This document shows positions 1-10,233 of a stretch of DNA of 50,922 nt, piece after piece. The DNA is from Tepidiformaceae bacterium (GTDB lineage: Bacteria > Chloroflexota > Dehalococcoidia > Tepidiformales > Tepidiformaceae), in assembly GCA_049662005.1 (NCBI GenBank), contig JBATAT010000081.1, positions 1 through 50,922 of the forward strand, read 5' to 3'. Every line of letters begins with the position of its first letter. The stretch's first letter is position 1. The notes beneath the pieces were generated by a model. The model had not been told where the DNA came from. It searched no databases and saw nothing but the letters and a program-made list of their open reading frames with translations. The position numbers and the translations under genes are program-made.

Positions 1-57
1 GTTAACACGGTTCGATTGTCAGTTGAAGAAACGCGACTGTCGATAGCACACAGGTAG

Positions 58-786
58 CTACCGCATAGCCACAACTGCGGCAAGCGCATCGGGGAGCGTG
101 AAGGCTCTTTCGTAGAGCGCCTTTCCCACAATCGACCCTTCGCACCCGAGCGCGGCGAGTCGAACGAGGTGCTCGATCCTCGATACGCCACCCGATGCCA
201 CCACCGGGCACGCGACTGCGGCCAGGAGTTCTTCGTAGGCCGCGTAGTTTGGTTCCGTCAGCATGCCGTCGCGGCCGATATCGGTGAACATGATCCGGGG
301 TACGCCCGCAGTCGCCATTTCGCGTGCGAGGTCGATCGCACGGACGGTGCTTGCGGCCAGCCAGCCGTCTGTCTGGACCATACCCTCGCGGGCGTCGATC
401 GAGACGACGATGGCGCCAGGAAAGCGGTTCACGGAGTCCTTCACCAGTTGAGGATCCGTCACCGCAGCGCTCCCCAGTTGAACTCGCGTTGCCCCATATC
501 CGAGCGCAGCGGCAACGTGTTGGAGACTCCGCATGCCTCCGGAGGCCTCGACCGGCACCGAGACCGCGCGGCAAATTTGCTCCATCACGCTCGACTGGGC
601 GGGGGCGCCATCCTTCGCACCATCGAGGTCAACAACGTGGATACGGGGCGCGCCCAATTCGGCCCACTGTTTTGCCACGCTCACCGGGTCATGGGAATAG
701 GAGGTCTCCTTCGCATAGTCGCCTTGCAGGAGCCGCACGCAGCGACCCCCGCGCAGGTCAATCGCGGGGATGACCTCGAAGCTCAT
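58..786 (-). CDS. hisA: ProFAR isomerase HisA (histidine biosynthesis)
   Basis: 242-aa ORF. MSFEVIPAIDLRGGRCVRL, VVDLDGA and the C-terminal IVGKALY are classic HisA (beta/alpha)8 motifs. ATGA start/stop overlap with hisH. Confidence 0.9.
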   Translation of the reverse strand: MSFEVIPAIDLRGGRCVRLLQGDYAKETSYSHDPVSVAKQWAELGAPRIHVVDLDGAKDGAPAQSSVMEQICRAVSVPVEASGGMRSLQHVAAALGYGATRVQLGSAAVTDPQLVKDSVNRFPGAIVVSIDAREGMVQTDGWLAASTVRAIDLAREMATAGVPRIMFTDIGRDGMLTEPNYAAYEELLAAVACPVVASGGVSRIEHLVRLAALGCEGSIVGKALYERAFTLPDALAAVVAMR

Positions 787-1454
787 GCTGAGGCTGACAC
801 GGCGGCCGCAGGCAGTGGCACGGGCTCACCGTCACGGGCCCAATCGACGAAGTTGCGATACAGGCGGAGCCCGTCGGGGCCGCTCTTTTCCGGGTGGAAC
901 TGTGTGGCTACAACGTAGCCACTGGCGAGAACACTCGCAAAGTCGTCCCCGTACTCGGTCACGCCGAGGGCGATGCCGGGTTCCTCGGTATGCGCGTAAT
1001 AACTGTGGACGAAGTAGAAGTAGCTGCCACTGGGGACGCCGTTGGTGAATGGGTGATCGCGCATCCACTCCACGGTGTTCCAGCCCATGTGCGGGACTTT
1101 GCGGCCCGGGGCAGCTACAAATTGTCGCGCCTCGCCGGGAAGCACGCCGAGGCACTCCTGTCCGCCGCCCTCATCGGAACGTTCGAGGAGGGCGTGGAGA
1201 CCCATGCAGACGCCGAGGAATGGCCGGCCGGCGGCGATATATTCGCGGATGGGATCGACGAGGCCACGTTCGGTCAGCTTTAGCATCGTATCGGCCGCGG
1301 CGCCGACACCGGGCAACACCACAGCGGCAGCCGCAAGGATGTCGTCGGGATCGGCGCTTACGACGGGATCGGCGCCGACGTGGCTGAGGGCGCGCGCGAC
1401 GCTGCGCAGGTTCCCTGCGTCATAGTCGATAACAACCACGCGTCCGGTCTTCAC
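783..1454 (-). CDS. hisH: Imidazole glycerol phosphate synthase, glutamine amidotransferase subunit HisH
   Basis: 223-aa ORF with a GTG start. VIDYDAGNLRSV N-terminus, class I amidotransferase nucleophile segment GVCMGLH and C-terminal QFHPEKS. Confidence 0.9.
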   Translation of the reverse strand: MKTGRVVVIDYDAGNLRSVARALSHVGADPVVSADPDDILAAAAVVLPGVGAAADTMLKLTERGLVDPIREYIAAGRPFLGVCMGLHALLERSDEGGGQECLGVLPGEARQFVAAPGRKVPHMGWNTVEWMRDHPFTNGVPSGSYFYFVHSYYAHTEEPGIALGVTEYGDDFASVLASGYVVATQFHPEKSGPDGLRLYRNFVDWARDGEPVPLPAAAVSASA

Positions 1455-1554
1455 CCGATGATTGTCGATTGTCCCGGGTCGCGTGTCGATTTACGACGAA
1501 ATGTGACGCGTACGGATGAGCCGTGGAACCGCGGCTCGCTATACTTTTCGGGTT

Positions 1555-3639
1555 ATGCCCGAAGCAGTGCCGCCGCCTTCCCAGTATGAGGCTCGCCTTC
1601 GCAGCGAAGAGCTTCGCTCCCTCATCAACTATCACAACCGCCTCTACTACGAGGCGGACTCGCCGGAGATTCCCGACGCGGTCTACGACGAATTCATGAA
1701 CGAACTTCGGACGCTTGAGCGCCAGTTTCCCGAACTGATCACGCCCGATTCGCCCACGCAGCGCACGGGCGCAGCGCCCCTCACCACGTTCGAAACGGTG
1801 GAACACCGGGTGCCGTTGCTCTCGCTCTCGAACTGCTTCAGTGACGACGACCTCGCAGCGTGGCACCGGCGCGCGGCGGAACGCCTCGAAAGCGAGTCGT
1901 TCGCCATCACCACCGAACCGAAGATCGACGGCCTGGCCATTTCGCTGGTCTACGAGAACGGCCGATTCGTGCAGGGCGCCACGCGCGGCGACGGCCGCCA
2001 GGGCGAGAACGTGACGGAGAACCTGCGCACCGTGACGACTATCCCCAACGTCCTGCGCGGAGAATTCCCGGCCCGGTTCGAGGTTCGCGGCGAGGTGTAT
2101 ATGTCGAAGAGCGGCTTCGAGCAGATGAACGCGGCTATCGGGAATGAAAACCTTGAGCGGGAGAAGGCCGGCCGCCGGCCGCTTTCGCTCTATGCCAACC
2201 CACGCAACGCGGCCGCCGGTTCGGTTCGCCAGAAGGACCCGGCGGTGACAGCTTCGCGGCCACTGGCGATGTTCATCTACCAGCTGGGCTGGTGCGAGAG
2301 TACGCGGCCGGACAGCCACTACGAAACGCTCGGATGGTTGCGCGCGATGGGGTTCAACATCAATCCCGAAGTTCACCTGCATAGCGGACTGGCCGACACG
2401 CACGAGCGCATCGAATGGTGGGGCAAGCAGCGGGAGCGGCTCGACTACGACATCGATGGTGTTGTCCTGAAGATCGATGACACGCGTGACTGGGACTTAC
2501 TGGGTTATGTCGGGCGCGAACCGCGGTGGGCAACCGCGTTTAAGTTCCCACCGCAACAACGGACGACGAAATTGCGCGAAATCGCCGTTAACGTTGGGCG
2601 TACGGGGGTGCTCACACCCTTCGCTGTGCTCGAGCCGGTGGTGATCAGCGGCGCGACCATCTCGATGGCGACTCTTCATAACGAAGGCGACATCCACCGC
2701 AAGGACATTCGCGCCGGGGATACGGTCATCGTCCAACGTGCGGGCGAGGTCATTCCGCAGGTGGTGGGGCCTGTCCTGAGCCTGCGCACGGAGGCAGAGC
2801 ACGAATTCGCGATGCCTGCCGTCTGCCCATCGTGCGGAACACCGGTCTTTCACGATCCAGATGAGGCCGCTTACTACTGCCCCAATCCCCAGTGCCCCGC
2901 TCAGGCTGTGCGCTCTATCGAACACTTTGCAAGCCGGGGGGCGATGGATATCGAGGGCATCGGCGAGAAAATGGCCTACACCCTCTTCCAAACGGGACTC
3001 GTGAAAGACGTTGCTGACATCTACACCCTGACGGAGGAGGCGCTCCTTTCGCTGCCCGGGATCAAAGAGAAGGGGGCACAGAACCTCCTTCGGGGGATCG
3101 AAGCGAGCAAGTCACGGTCGCTGGTCAACGTGTTGCTGGCGCTCGGGATTCGCCACGTTGGCGGGGAAACGGCCCGCCTTGTGGCCAATCACATCGGCCG
3201 CCTCGGGGGGCTGCTCGCGGTGGACGGCGAGGCACTCCAGGCCATCGACGGCATTGGGCCGATCGTCGCGAAAAGCATCGTGGCATGGACCGAAATCGAA
3301 GCGAACCGGGAGCTCGTTGAACGCCTCATCAGCTGCGGCATCGACCCGGTCCATGAAACCAATGCGCCCGAGGGAGGCATCCTCGATGGGCTCACCATCG
3401 TCGTCACGGGTCGCCTCGAAACAATGTCGCGAGCGGCAGCGGAGGACCAGGTCCGGGCGCTGGGGGGCAAGGTTGGGTCGTCGATTACGAAGGCGACGAA
3501 CTTCCTGGTAGTGGGCGCCGAGGCAGGGACGAAGGCGCAGAAGGCGGAAAAGCTCGGGACGCGCATGATCACGGAAGAGGAGTTTATCCGGTTGGTGAGC
3601 GAGGGTCCGGGCGGGTTCGAAGCTACGTTAGACGCTTAA
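1555..3639 (+). CDS. ligA: NAD-dependent DNA ligase LigA
   Basis: KxDG adenylation motif (EPKIDGLA), Cys4 zinc finger (CPSCGTPV...CPNPQCPAQ), HhH region and C-terminal BRCT (LTIVVTGRL...). The ORF opens at 1516, but ATG 1555 (MPEAVPPPSQYE...) fits LigA N-termini better. Confidence 0.93.
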   Translation: MPEAVPPPSQYEARLRSEELRSLINYHNRLYYEADSPEIPDAVYDEFMNELRTLERQFPELITPDSPTQRTGAAPLTTFETVEHRVPLLSLSNCFSDDDLAAWHRRAAERLESESFAITTEPKIDGLAISLVYENGRFVQGATRGDGRQGENVTENLRTVTTIPNVLRGEFPARFEVRGEVYMSKSGFEQMNAAIGNENLEREKAGRRPLSLYANPRNAAAGSVRQKDPAVTASRPLAMFIYQLGWCESTRPDSHYETLGWLRAMGFNINPEVHLHSGLADTHERIEWWGKQRERLDYDIDGVVLKIDDTRDWDLLGYVGREPRWATAFKFPPQQRTTKLREIAVNVGRTGVLTPFAVLEPVVISGATISMATLHNEGDIHRKDIRAGDTVIVQRAGEVIPQVVGPVLSLRTEAEHEFAMPAVCPSCGTPVFHDPDEAAYYCPNPQCPAQAVRSIEHFASRGAMDIEGIGEKMAYTLFQTGLVKDVADIYTLTEEALLSLPGIKEKGAQNLLRGIEASKSRSLVNVLLALGIRHVGGETARLVANHIGRLGGLLAVDGEALQAIDGIGPIVAKSIVAWTEIEANRELVERLISCGIDPVHETNAPEGGILDGLTIVVTGRLETMSRAAAEDQVRALGGKVGSSITKATNFLVVGAEAGTKAQKAEKLGTRMITEEEFIRLVSEGPGGFEATLDA

Positions 3640-3764
3640 GAAACGGTCTGATCCAAATGCCAACCACAAACTAAGTGAGGCTCGCCGCACCGGGTTATGG
3701 CGCGTATACTCTGAAGGCTGCCAGCGGCAACGAGGGCGGCTTCCATGACTGCAGGTTTTCGCCA

Positions 3765-4826
3765 TTGGCGTTTTTTAATCCGCTCAACGGCCTGTTCGGC
3801 TTTCTCTCGCACGACATTGCGATCGACCTCGGCACCGCGAACACCCTCGTGATGGTCAAGGGCAGAGGCATTGTTATCGACGAGCCGTCGGTGGTCGCCA
3901 TCGACAGGACGACGAAAAAGATCCTTGCCATCGGGGCAGAGGCGAAGCGCATGGTGGGGCGGACACCAGCGAATATCATCGCGGTGCGCCCCCTCCGTGA
4001 CGGCGTGATTTCGGACTTCGAAGTCACGGAGAAGATGCTGAGCTACTTCATCCGGGCAGTGCATGACCGGAGCTTCCTGGCCCAGCCACGGGTGGTGGTG
4101 GGCATCCCGAGCGGGGTTACCGAGGTAGAAAAACGGGCAGTACACGATGCCGCCTTGAACGCCGGCGCGCGCAGTTGCTTCCTCATCGAAGAGCCGATGG
4201 CCGCTGCGATTGGCGCGGGCCTTCCCGTGATGGAGGCTGCCGGCTGCATGATCGTGGATATCGGCGGTGGCACCACCGAGGTAGCGATCATCTCGCTCGG
4301 CGGCATGGTGGTCAGCACCTCGATCCGCGTTGCCGGCGACGAGATGGACCAGGACATTATCGCGTACGCGCGCCAGGTGCATAACCTTCTTATTGGCGAG
4401 CGAACGGCGGAGGAAATCAAGAAACTGGCCGGCTCGGCGGCGCCGCTCGACCCGGAGGAATCGATCGACATTCGAGGGCGCGACCTTGCGACAGGGCTAC
4501 CAAAGGCGGTCGAAGTGAGCACGGTCGAAATCCGCGACGCGCTCGCGGGTTCCATCAGCGCAATCGTCGAAGCCGTCCGATCATCGATCGAGGTGACGCC
4601 GCCAGAACTCGTGAGCGACCTGATGGCCCACGGCATTGCGCTGGCGGGCGGCGGGGCGATGTTGCGCGGGTTGGACCGCCGCCTCAGCCAGGAAACGCGG
4701 TTTCCGGTCTACGTCGCGGAGGACCCGCTGCTTTGCGTGGTTCGCGGAGCCGGGGAAGTGCTGGAGGAAACGGAACTTCTGAACAAAGTGCAGTCCCAAC
4801 TCGCATCGCGGCGGCAAGGGCGCTAG
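3765..4826 (+). CDS. mreB: Rod shape-determining actin homologue MreB
   Basis: Actin-fold motifs DIAIDLGTANTLV, IVDIGGGTTEVA and GIALAGGGAMLRGL. The maximal ORF opens at GTG 3675. TTG 3765 gives an MreB-typical short N-terminus, so the start is uncertain. Confidence 0.88.
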   Translation: MAFFNPLNGLFGFLSHDIAIDLGTANTLVMVKGRGIVIDEPSVVAIDRTTKKILAIGAEAKRMVGRTPANIIAVRPLRDGVISDFEVTEKMLSYFIRAVHDRSFLAQPRVVVGIPSGVTEVEKRAVHDAALNAGARSCFLIEEPMAAAIGAGLPVMEAAGCMIVDIGGGTTEVAIISLGGMVVSTSIRVAGDEMDQDIIAYARQVHNLLIGERTAEEIKKLAGSAAPLDPEESIDIRGRDLATGLPKAVEVSTVEIRDALAGSISAIVEAVRSSIEVTPPELVSDLMAHGIALAGGGAMLRGLDRRLSQETRFPVYVAEDPLLCVVRGAGEVLEETELLNKVQSQLASRRQGR

Positions 4827-4853
4827 CATCGGGGCACGCCCCGTGGTGGTCAC

Positions 4854-5681
4854 ATGCTGATCTTCCAACGGTATCAACTCTGGGTCGCTTCGATGATCGG
4901 GCTCGCGCTAATCCTCGCGCTGGCCGGGCAACTGGGTGTCCTGACTCCGTTCCAGGGCCTATTCCTGCGGGTGACATCCCCGGTGGAACGCGTCCTCGAC
5001 GGGACGTTCCGACCGGTCGCCTCCGTGCTTTCGAGCGCCGGCGAAATCGGCAGCCTGCGTGACGAAAATAACCGGCTCCGGCTCGAGAACGAAGATCTGC
5101 GGAACCAGGTCGGCGAACTGCAGCAGAACGCCGAGGACATCAAGGGTCTGCGTGAAGCGCTCGCGCTGACCGAGGGTGACAAATCGGTTCGCTACAAGGC
5201 GGCCGATATCGTCCACCGCGATGCTTCCCCGTTTACCGATGTGGTGACAATCAACCGTGGGAGCGGCGACGGCATCCAGGAGGGCATGATCGTCGTTTCG
5301 ACGAAGGGAACCCTGATGGGGAAAGTTACGAAGGTAACGAGCACGAACTCGTTTGTCCGCCTGATCACCGATACCCAGAGCACCGTCAGTGCTGAGATCC
5401 AGGGCACAGGCGCCGACGGCAGCATCAAGGGGACGCCGAACCGGGGGCTTGCTTTCGACCTGGTGCAGGGTGAAGTGCAGGTTGGCGACCTCGTGGTCAC
5501 GGCGGGGCTGGGCGGGGGCTACCCGCGAGGGCTCCCCATCGGGCGGGTGGCATCGGTTTCGGGGACGAGCCAGGATTTGTACAAGAAGGTAACGATCGAG
5601 CCCGGCGTACGCGTCGGCACGGCGGAGAACGTCCTCGTCCGGACCGACTTCATCCCGGAGACACTGGGGCTAACGAATTGA
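4854..5681 (+). CDS. mreC: Rod shape-determining protein MreC
   Basis: N-terminal TM helix, coiled coil (LRDENNRLRLENEDLRNQVGELQ), then a beta-rich domain with INRGSGDGIQEGMIVV. Lies between mreB and mreD. Confidence 0.85.
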   Translation: MLIFQRYQLWVASMIGLALILALAGQLGVLTPFQGLFLRVTSPVERVLDGTFRPVASVLSSAGEIGSLRDENNRLRLENEDLRNQVGELQQNAEDIKGLREALALTEGDKSVRYKAADIVHRDASPFTDVVTINRGSGDGIQEGMIVVSTKGTLMGKVTKVTSTNSFVRLITDTQSTVSAEIQGTGADGSIKGTPNRGLAFDLVQGEVQVGDLVVTAGLGGGYPRGLPIGRVASVSGTSQDLYKKVTIEPGVRVGTAENVLVRTDFIPETLGLTN

Positions 5682-6202
5682 AGGGGCTTGGGGCCGTTGT
5701 CGCGACGATTTTCGCGGCGATCGCCCAGGTCACGATCGCTCCGCTCTTTCCCGTGGGGTACGTCGTTTTCGATTTCGTGCTGCTCACGCTCATTCTGATC
5801 GCCGCATTCAGTTCGCCAAAACGAGCGATGCTCTGTGTGCCCATCGCCGCAATTGCGTATGGGTTCCTTTCGAACCGGGAGCCCGGACTGCTGGTGCTCG
5901 CCTACCTGCCGCTGCTGCCCCTCGGGCTGTACCTCGAAGAATCCCCTATTCCGTTGAATCACTACGCGCGGACGGCGCTAGCCTTCGGTGCGACAGGGGT
6001 CTGGGCGCGCGGTCTGCTCGTGCTGGGGAGCATCCTCGGCGGCGCCGATGCTTCGCTGGGACTCATCGTTTTCCACGTGCTGCTGCCAGGCCTGTTACTT
6101 GACCTTTCCTTATTAACCTTGGTGTACATACCCCTTCGCCTCCTAGGATGGAGTGGGCAAGGGATGTCGCTTTCACGCGGCGGGTACTACTCAAGCTTAT
6201 GA
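5678..6202 (+). CDS. mreD: Rod shape-determining protein MreD (context-based call)
   Basis: 174-aa entirely hydrophobic multi-TM protein. TTGA overlap with the mreC stop and ATGA overlap with the PBP2 start. Assigned mainly by position. Confidence 0.65.
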   Translation: MKGLGAVVATIFAAIAQVTIAPLFPVGYVVFDFVLLTLILIAAFSSPKRAMLCVPIAAIAYGFLSNREPGLLVLAYLPLLPLGLYLEESPIPLNHYARTALAFGATGVWARGLLVLGSILGGADASLGLIVFHVLLPGLLLDLSLLTLVYIPLRLLGWSGQGMSLSRGGYYSSL

Positions 6203-8139
6203 GCATCCTGGACGAAGGCTTCCGAGCACCCGGCGGAACGAGCCGGAATCGTCCCCACGGCAACCTGGGGATTTTGCGTGTTGCCGTCATCTTGCTCTTC
6301 CTGCTCCTCGCTGTGCGCCTCGGCAAAATGCAGATCGTCGATGGGGCGAGTTACGCCGAGCGTTCGCGCGAAAACCACATCGTGCAGAAGAACATCCTTC
6401 CGACGCGCGGCCTGATCATGGATCGCAATGGTGAGCCGCTCGTGGAGAACGTCGGCGTGTATTCCGCGAACGTGCTGCCCGAAGCATTGCCAAGCGCAGA
6501 CCAGTACGAAAACTGGACAGAAATGCGGTTCAAGATCTATCTCAAGCTCGAACAACTTACGGGCACCTCGTCGCTCGCAATCCAGACGAGAATCGAAGAT
6601 GCGGAGGCGGCCGGCCAGGGCTACATCGCGATCAAGGTTGCCGACAACCTGACCAAGGAGCAGGCGCTCGCGCTGGACGAAGTCGCCGCGGAGATGCCCG
6701 GGGTCTCGCTCGAGATCACGCCCGGGCGCCACTACCTGGGCAACGAGTTCAGCCACATCCTCGGTTACATCGGGCCGCAGTTCCAGGAGGATGCGACACG
6801 GCTCCAGGGTCTGGGCTACCAGTTCAATGAGCCGATTGGCAAGGATGGGCTCGAGGCACGGTACGAATCGGACCTTCGTGGCACCGTTGGCTTTAGCGCC
6901 GTCGAACAGGATGCCTTTGGGAAACAGATCACGGCACTGCAATCGCGCGACCCGGTGCCGGGCAACAGCCTGAAGCTGGCGATCGATGCGGACCTGCAGC
7001 GCTACGTGGCCGAGTTGTTGCAGGATTCGTTGCCCAGTTCGGCCTACGGCATCTCGCGCGAGGCCGCGGCCGTGGTCATGAACCCGAACACGGGCGAAGT
7101 GCTCTCGATGGTTTCGATCCCGACTTACGACAACAACATCTGGGCGGAAAGCAAGGTTCGACCCGACGAGCTGGAAGCACTGCAGAACGACGACGCGACG
7201 CACACGCTCACGAACAAAGCGCTAAGCGCTGCCGCCCCCGGTTCGACGTTCAAGATTGTGACCTCCACCGCCGGCCTCGAGCAGGGCAACATCACGCCGA
7301 ATACCAGCCACTACGTTGGCTGCAGCCTGGAGATAACGGGCGAGAACGACGTCATCTACACGTATCCCGACTGGACATGCCACGACAAAGTGCTGGACGT
7401 GCGATCGGCACTCGCCTGGTCGTCCAACGTTTTCATGTTCCTAACTGCCGGCGGCGACAACTCGACGATCAAAGGCCTGGGCAAGAACCCGGAGGACTCC
7501 GGCGCCATTCTCGCCACGTGGGCACGGCGCTTCGGCTTTGGCGGTCCGACCGGCGTCGACCTTTACGGCGAAAGCGTTGGCCGCGTACCAGACCCGGCAT
7601 GGAAGAAGCGTACGAAGGTCGGTCCCGGCTTTGACAAGGGCGAGAACGAATGGTTCATCGGCGATGACTACAACACGGCCATCGGCCAGGGCGACGTACT
7701 GGCGACACCGCTCCAGGTGGCGCGGATGACGGCCGCCATCGCTAACGGCGGCCAGCTCGTTACCCCACACATTGTGAGCGAGATCGTTGGTCCGGATGGC
7801 AAGACGGTCCGGAAGATTCAGCCTGAGTACCAGGCAGTGGGGATGTCCGAGGCGAACGCACGGGTGGTTGCGGAAGGAATGCTCGGTTCGGTGCAGTACG
7901 GGGCGGGCGTTCTGGCGCAGCTCCCGAACGTCAGCGTGGCCGGCAAGACCGGTACCGCCGAGTACTACGACGCGCCCACGGAGACATGGACGCAGCACGC
8001 GTGGTTCACCGGGTTCGCACCGTACAACAACCCCGAAGTAGTTGTGACGGTCTACTTCGATAAGGGGATCGGCGGCACCCATGCGGCCCCGGTCGCGGCG
8101 AAGATCCTCAAATACTACTTCGAGAATATCGGTAAATGA
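6199..8139 (+). CDS. mrdA: Penicillin-binding protein 2 (class B transpeptidase, elongasome)
   Basis: SxxK (GSTFKIV), SxN (WSSNVF) and KTG (AGKTGTAEY) motifs plus an N-terminal membrane anchor. The ORF opens at 6148, but ATG 6199 overlaps the mreD stop. Confidence 0.9.
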   Translation: MSILDEGFRAPGGTSRNRPHGNLGILRVAVILLFLLLAVRLGKMQIVDGASYAERSRENHIVQKNILPTRGLIMDRNGEPLVENVGVYSANVLPEALPSADQYENWTEMRFKIYLKLEQLTGTSSLAIQTRIEDAEAAGQGYIAIKVADNLTKEQALALDEVAAEMPGVSLEITPGRHYLGNEFSHILGYIGPQFQEDATRLQGLGYQFNEPIGKDGLEARYESDLRGTVGFSAVEQDAFGKQITALQSRDPVPGNSLKLAIDADLQRYVAELLQDSLPSSAYGISREAAAVVMNPNTGEVLSMVSIPTYDNNIWAESKVRPDELEALQNDDATHTLTNKALSAAAPGSTFKIVTSTAGLEQGNITPNTSHYVGCSLEITGENDVIYTYPDWTCHDKVLDVRSALAWSSNVFMFLTAGGDNSTIKGLGKNPEDSGAILATWARRFGFGGPTGVDLYGESVGRVPDPAWKKRTKVGPGFDKGENEWFIGDDYNTAIGQGDVLATPLQVARMTAAIANGGQLVTPHIVSEIVGPDGKTVRKIQPEYQAVGMSEANARVVAEGMLGSVQYGAGVLAQLPNVSVAGKTGTAEYYDAPTETWTQHAWFTGFAPYNNPEVVVTVYFDKGIGGTHAAPVAAKILKYYFENIGK

Positions 8140-9302
8140 GCAGCGTCACTTACGGCGGCTATGGGGGCAGGGCCCGCGCCGGAACGAGTGTCTGGCGCGG
8201 GTGGGATCGCTTCGACTACGTGATGATCCTTGCGGCACTCGCCCTCGTCGCCATCGGCCTGCTGCTGATTTACAGCGGATCGCTTTCGTTCTACAGCGGC
8301 CCAATCACCAGCTTCTCGAGCCCGGTGTTCAAGCAGGTGATTTTCGCCTGCATCGGCTTCGCTGGCATGCTCTTGATTTCAAAAATCGACTATCACTACC
8401 TCACGCATTACGCATGGGTGCTCTATGGACTCGGGATTCTGTCGCTCGTCGCCATCCTCGCCATCGGACAAACGGTCGGTGGTTCGACTCGCTGGTTCGA
8501 CCTCGGCCCGGTGCAGGTGCAGCCATCGGAATTTGCAAAGCTGGCGACGATCCTGGCACTCGCGCGTTTCTTCAGCGAACACGGCGGCGATGCACGCGAC
8601 CTTCGCGCCTTGCTGATTTCGCTGGTTATCGTCGCGCCCGTTGCGGGACTTGTTTTTATCCAGCCGGACCTTGGCACGAGCCTCGTCTTCTTCGCAATCT
8701 GGATCGGGATCGTTGTGGTTGCCGGCGCAAACCGGAGCCACCTGTTTGTGATGGCTGCGCTGTTCATCGCCGTGCTGCCGTTCCTCTGGACGTTTGCACT
8801 GGCGGAATACCAGGTGGATCGCGTCGCCGTGCTCGTCGATTCGCAGGAAGATCCCCTTGGCGACGGCTACAACGTGAACCAATCGAAGATCGCGGTTGGT
8901 TCGGGGCAGCTTCTCGGCAAGGGCTTCACAAACGGTGATCAGACGCAGCTCGGCTACCTGAAAGTGGCCACGAAGGACTTCATCTTCAGCCTCCTCAGTG
9001 AGGAGTTTGGTTTCGTTGGCTGCGTGACGGTGATGGGTATTTTCATCCTCCTGCTGATGCGCGGCATCCGAGCGGCGCAGATCGCGGGGGATACGGCGGG
9101 ACAGCTTGTGGCCGTCGGAATAGTTATGTTAATCATGATGCAGACCGTGATTAACATCGCGGTAAACCTGAGTGTGTTCCCGGTCACGGGCATCCCGCTG
9201 CCGTTCGTTAGCCAGGGAGGCTCGTCGCTGGTGAGCCTGTTCATCTCGCTTGGGATTCTCCAGAGCATCGTGATGCGGCACCGAGCCTACCGGCAGACGT
9301 AG
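8136..9302 (+). CDS. rodA: SEDS-family peptidoglycan polymerase RodA
   Basis: 388-aa polytopic membrane protein. FtsW/RodA hallmarks GGSTRWFDLGPVQVQPSEFAKL and PVTGIPLPFVSQGGSS. ATGA overlap with PBP2. Confidence 0.9.
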   Translation: MSSVTYGGYGGRARAGTSVWRGWDRFDYVMILAALALVAIGLLLIYSGSLSFYSGPITSFSSPVFKQVIFACIGFAGMLLISKIDYHYLTHYAWVLYGLGILSLVAILAIGQTVGGSTRWFDLGPVQVQPSEFAKLATILALARFFSEHGGDARDLRALLISLVIVAPVAGLVFIQPDLGTSLVFFAIWIGIVVVAGANRSHLFVMAALFIAVLPFLWTFALAEYQVDRVAVLVDSQEDPLGDGYNVNQSKIAVGSGQLLGKGFTNGDQTQLGYLKVATKDFIFSLLSEEFGFVGCVTVMGIFILLLMRGIRAAQIAGDTAGQLVAVGIVMLIMMQTVINIAVNLSVFPVTGIPLPFVSQGGSSLVSLFISLGILQSIVMRHRAYRQT

Positions 9303-9414
9303 GCGGAGCGGCGCGATTGCTGGCGGCCTGTGGGTTGTGTCCGATGAGCGGCGGCGGGGCGGAAGTGGCGGCCCGTGGTTAGAATGCACTCACACTGAAC
9401 CGAGGGATTCCCCT

Positions 9415-10221
9415 GTGACTTATGAAGCGATCCTGTACGACGTCAGCGATGGCGTCGCGACCATCACGCTGAACAAGCCCGAGCGCCTGAACGCGTTCGA
9501 TGACCAGATGCTGACCGAGTGGGCGGATGCGATCCACAAAGCTGACGCCGACCGTGGCGTTGGCGCCGTGATCATCACCGGCGCGGGCCGCGGGTTCTGC
9601 AGCGGAATGAACGTTGCGGCCGAGGCCGGGGGTTCAGGCGTGCTGCGGACCGAGGCGTCGGTGGCGGACCGCCGTCACAGCCTGCGCGACCGGGTGCACC
9701 CGATCCCGCGCGCCCTGATCCAGCTCGAGAAGCCGTACATCGCCGCAATCAACGGTGCCGCTGCGGGGGCGGGCATGGACATGGCGACAATGGCCGATAT
9801 CCGGTTCGCAAGTAGCACGGCACGCATCGGCATGACTTATGTTCGGATGGGCCTTGTTCCGGGCGACGGGGGCACCTATACGCTCCCCCGCATCGTCGGC
9901 ACGCAGCGTGCCCTCGACATGATGTGGACGGGCAAGCTGTTCACGGCGGCCGAGGCGCTCGAAATGGGCTACCTCCTCGCGGTCTACGATCCTTCCGAAC
10001 TGATGCCACGGGTGACCGAATACGCGAAGCAGATCGCGAAGGGTCCCGGTGTCGCGGTTCAGCTGACGAAGAAGCTCGTTTACCGGTCGGCGAACATTTC
10101 GTTCGATGAACACCTCGATTTCGCGCAGATGGCGATGTTCGTCGCGCAGTCTTCGGAAGATGCACGCGAAGGCCCGCGCGCATTCGTTGAAAAGCGCGAG
10201 CCACAGTTCAAGAGCCGATAG
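9415..10221 (+). CDS. Enoyl-CoA hydratase/isomerase (crotonase) family protein
   Basis: TLNKPERLNAF and oxyanion-hole segment GAGRGFCSGMNV. GTG 9415 is preceded by GAGGGA 7 nt upstream; the ORF opens at 9337. Confidence 0.85.
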   Translation: MTYEAILYDVSDGVATITLNKPERLNAFDDQMLTEWADAIHKADADRGVGAVIITGAGRGFCSGMNVAAEAGGSGVLRTEASVADRRHSLRDRVHPIPRALIQLEKPYIAAINGAAAGAGMDMATMADIRFASSTARIGMTYVRMGLVPGDGGTYTLPRIVGTQRALDMMWTGKLFTAAEALEMGYLLAVYDPSELMPRVTEYAKQIAKGPGVAVQLTKKLVYRSANISFDEHLDFAQMAMFVAQSSEDAREGPRAFVEKREPQFKSR

Positions 10222-10233
10222 GCGCAGCCACGC

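Noticed and set aside
2-574. 190-aa open-ended ORF at the left edge and the short sequence left of hisA (possible hisF).
   Set aside because: It overlaps hisA in another frame with an Arg-rich nonsense translation. The 57 nt downstream of hisA contain a stop and do not read like a HisF N-terminus.
8081-8938. 285-aa ORF overlapping the PBP2 3' end and rodA in another frame.
   Set aside because: The Arg-rich translation has no motifs. The rodA frame carries clear SEDS hallmarks and the expected ATGA coupling.
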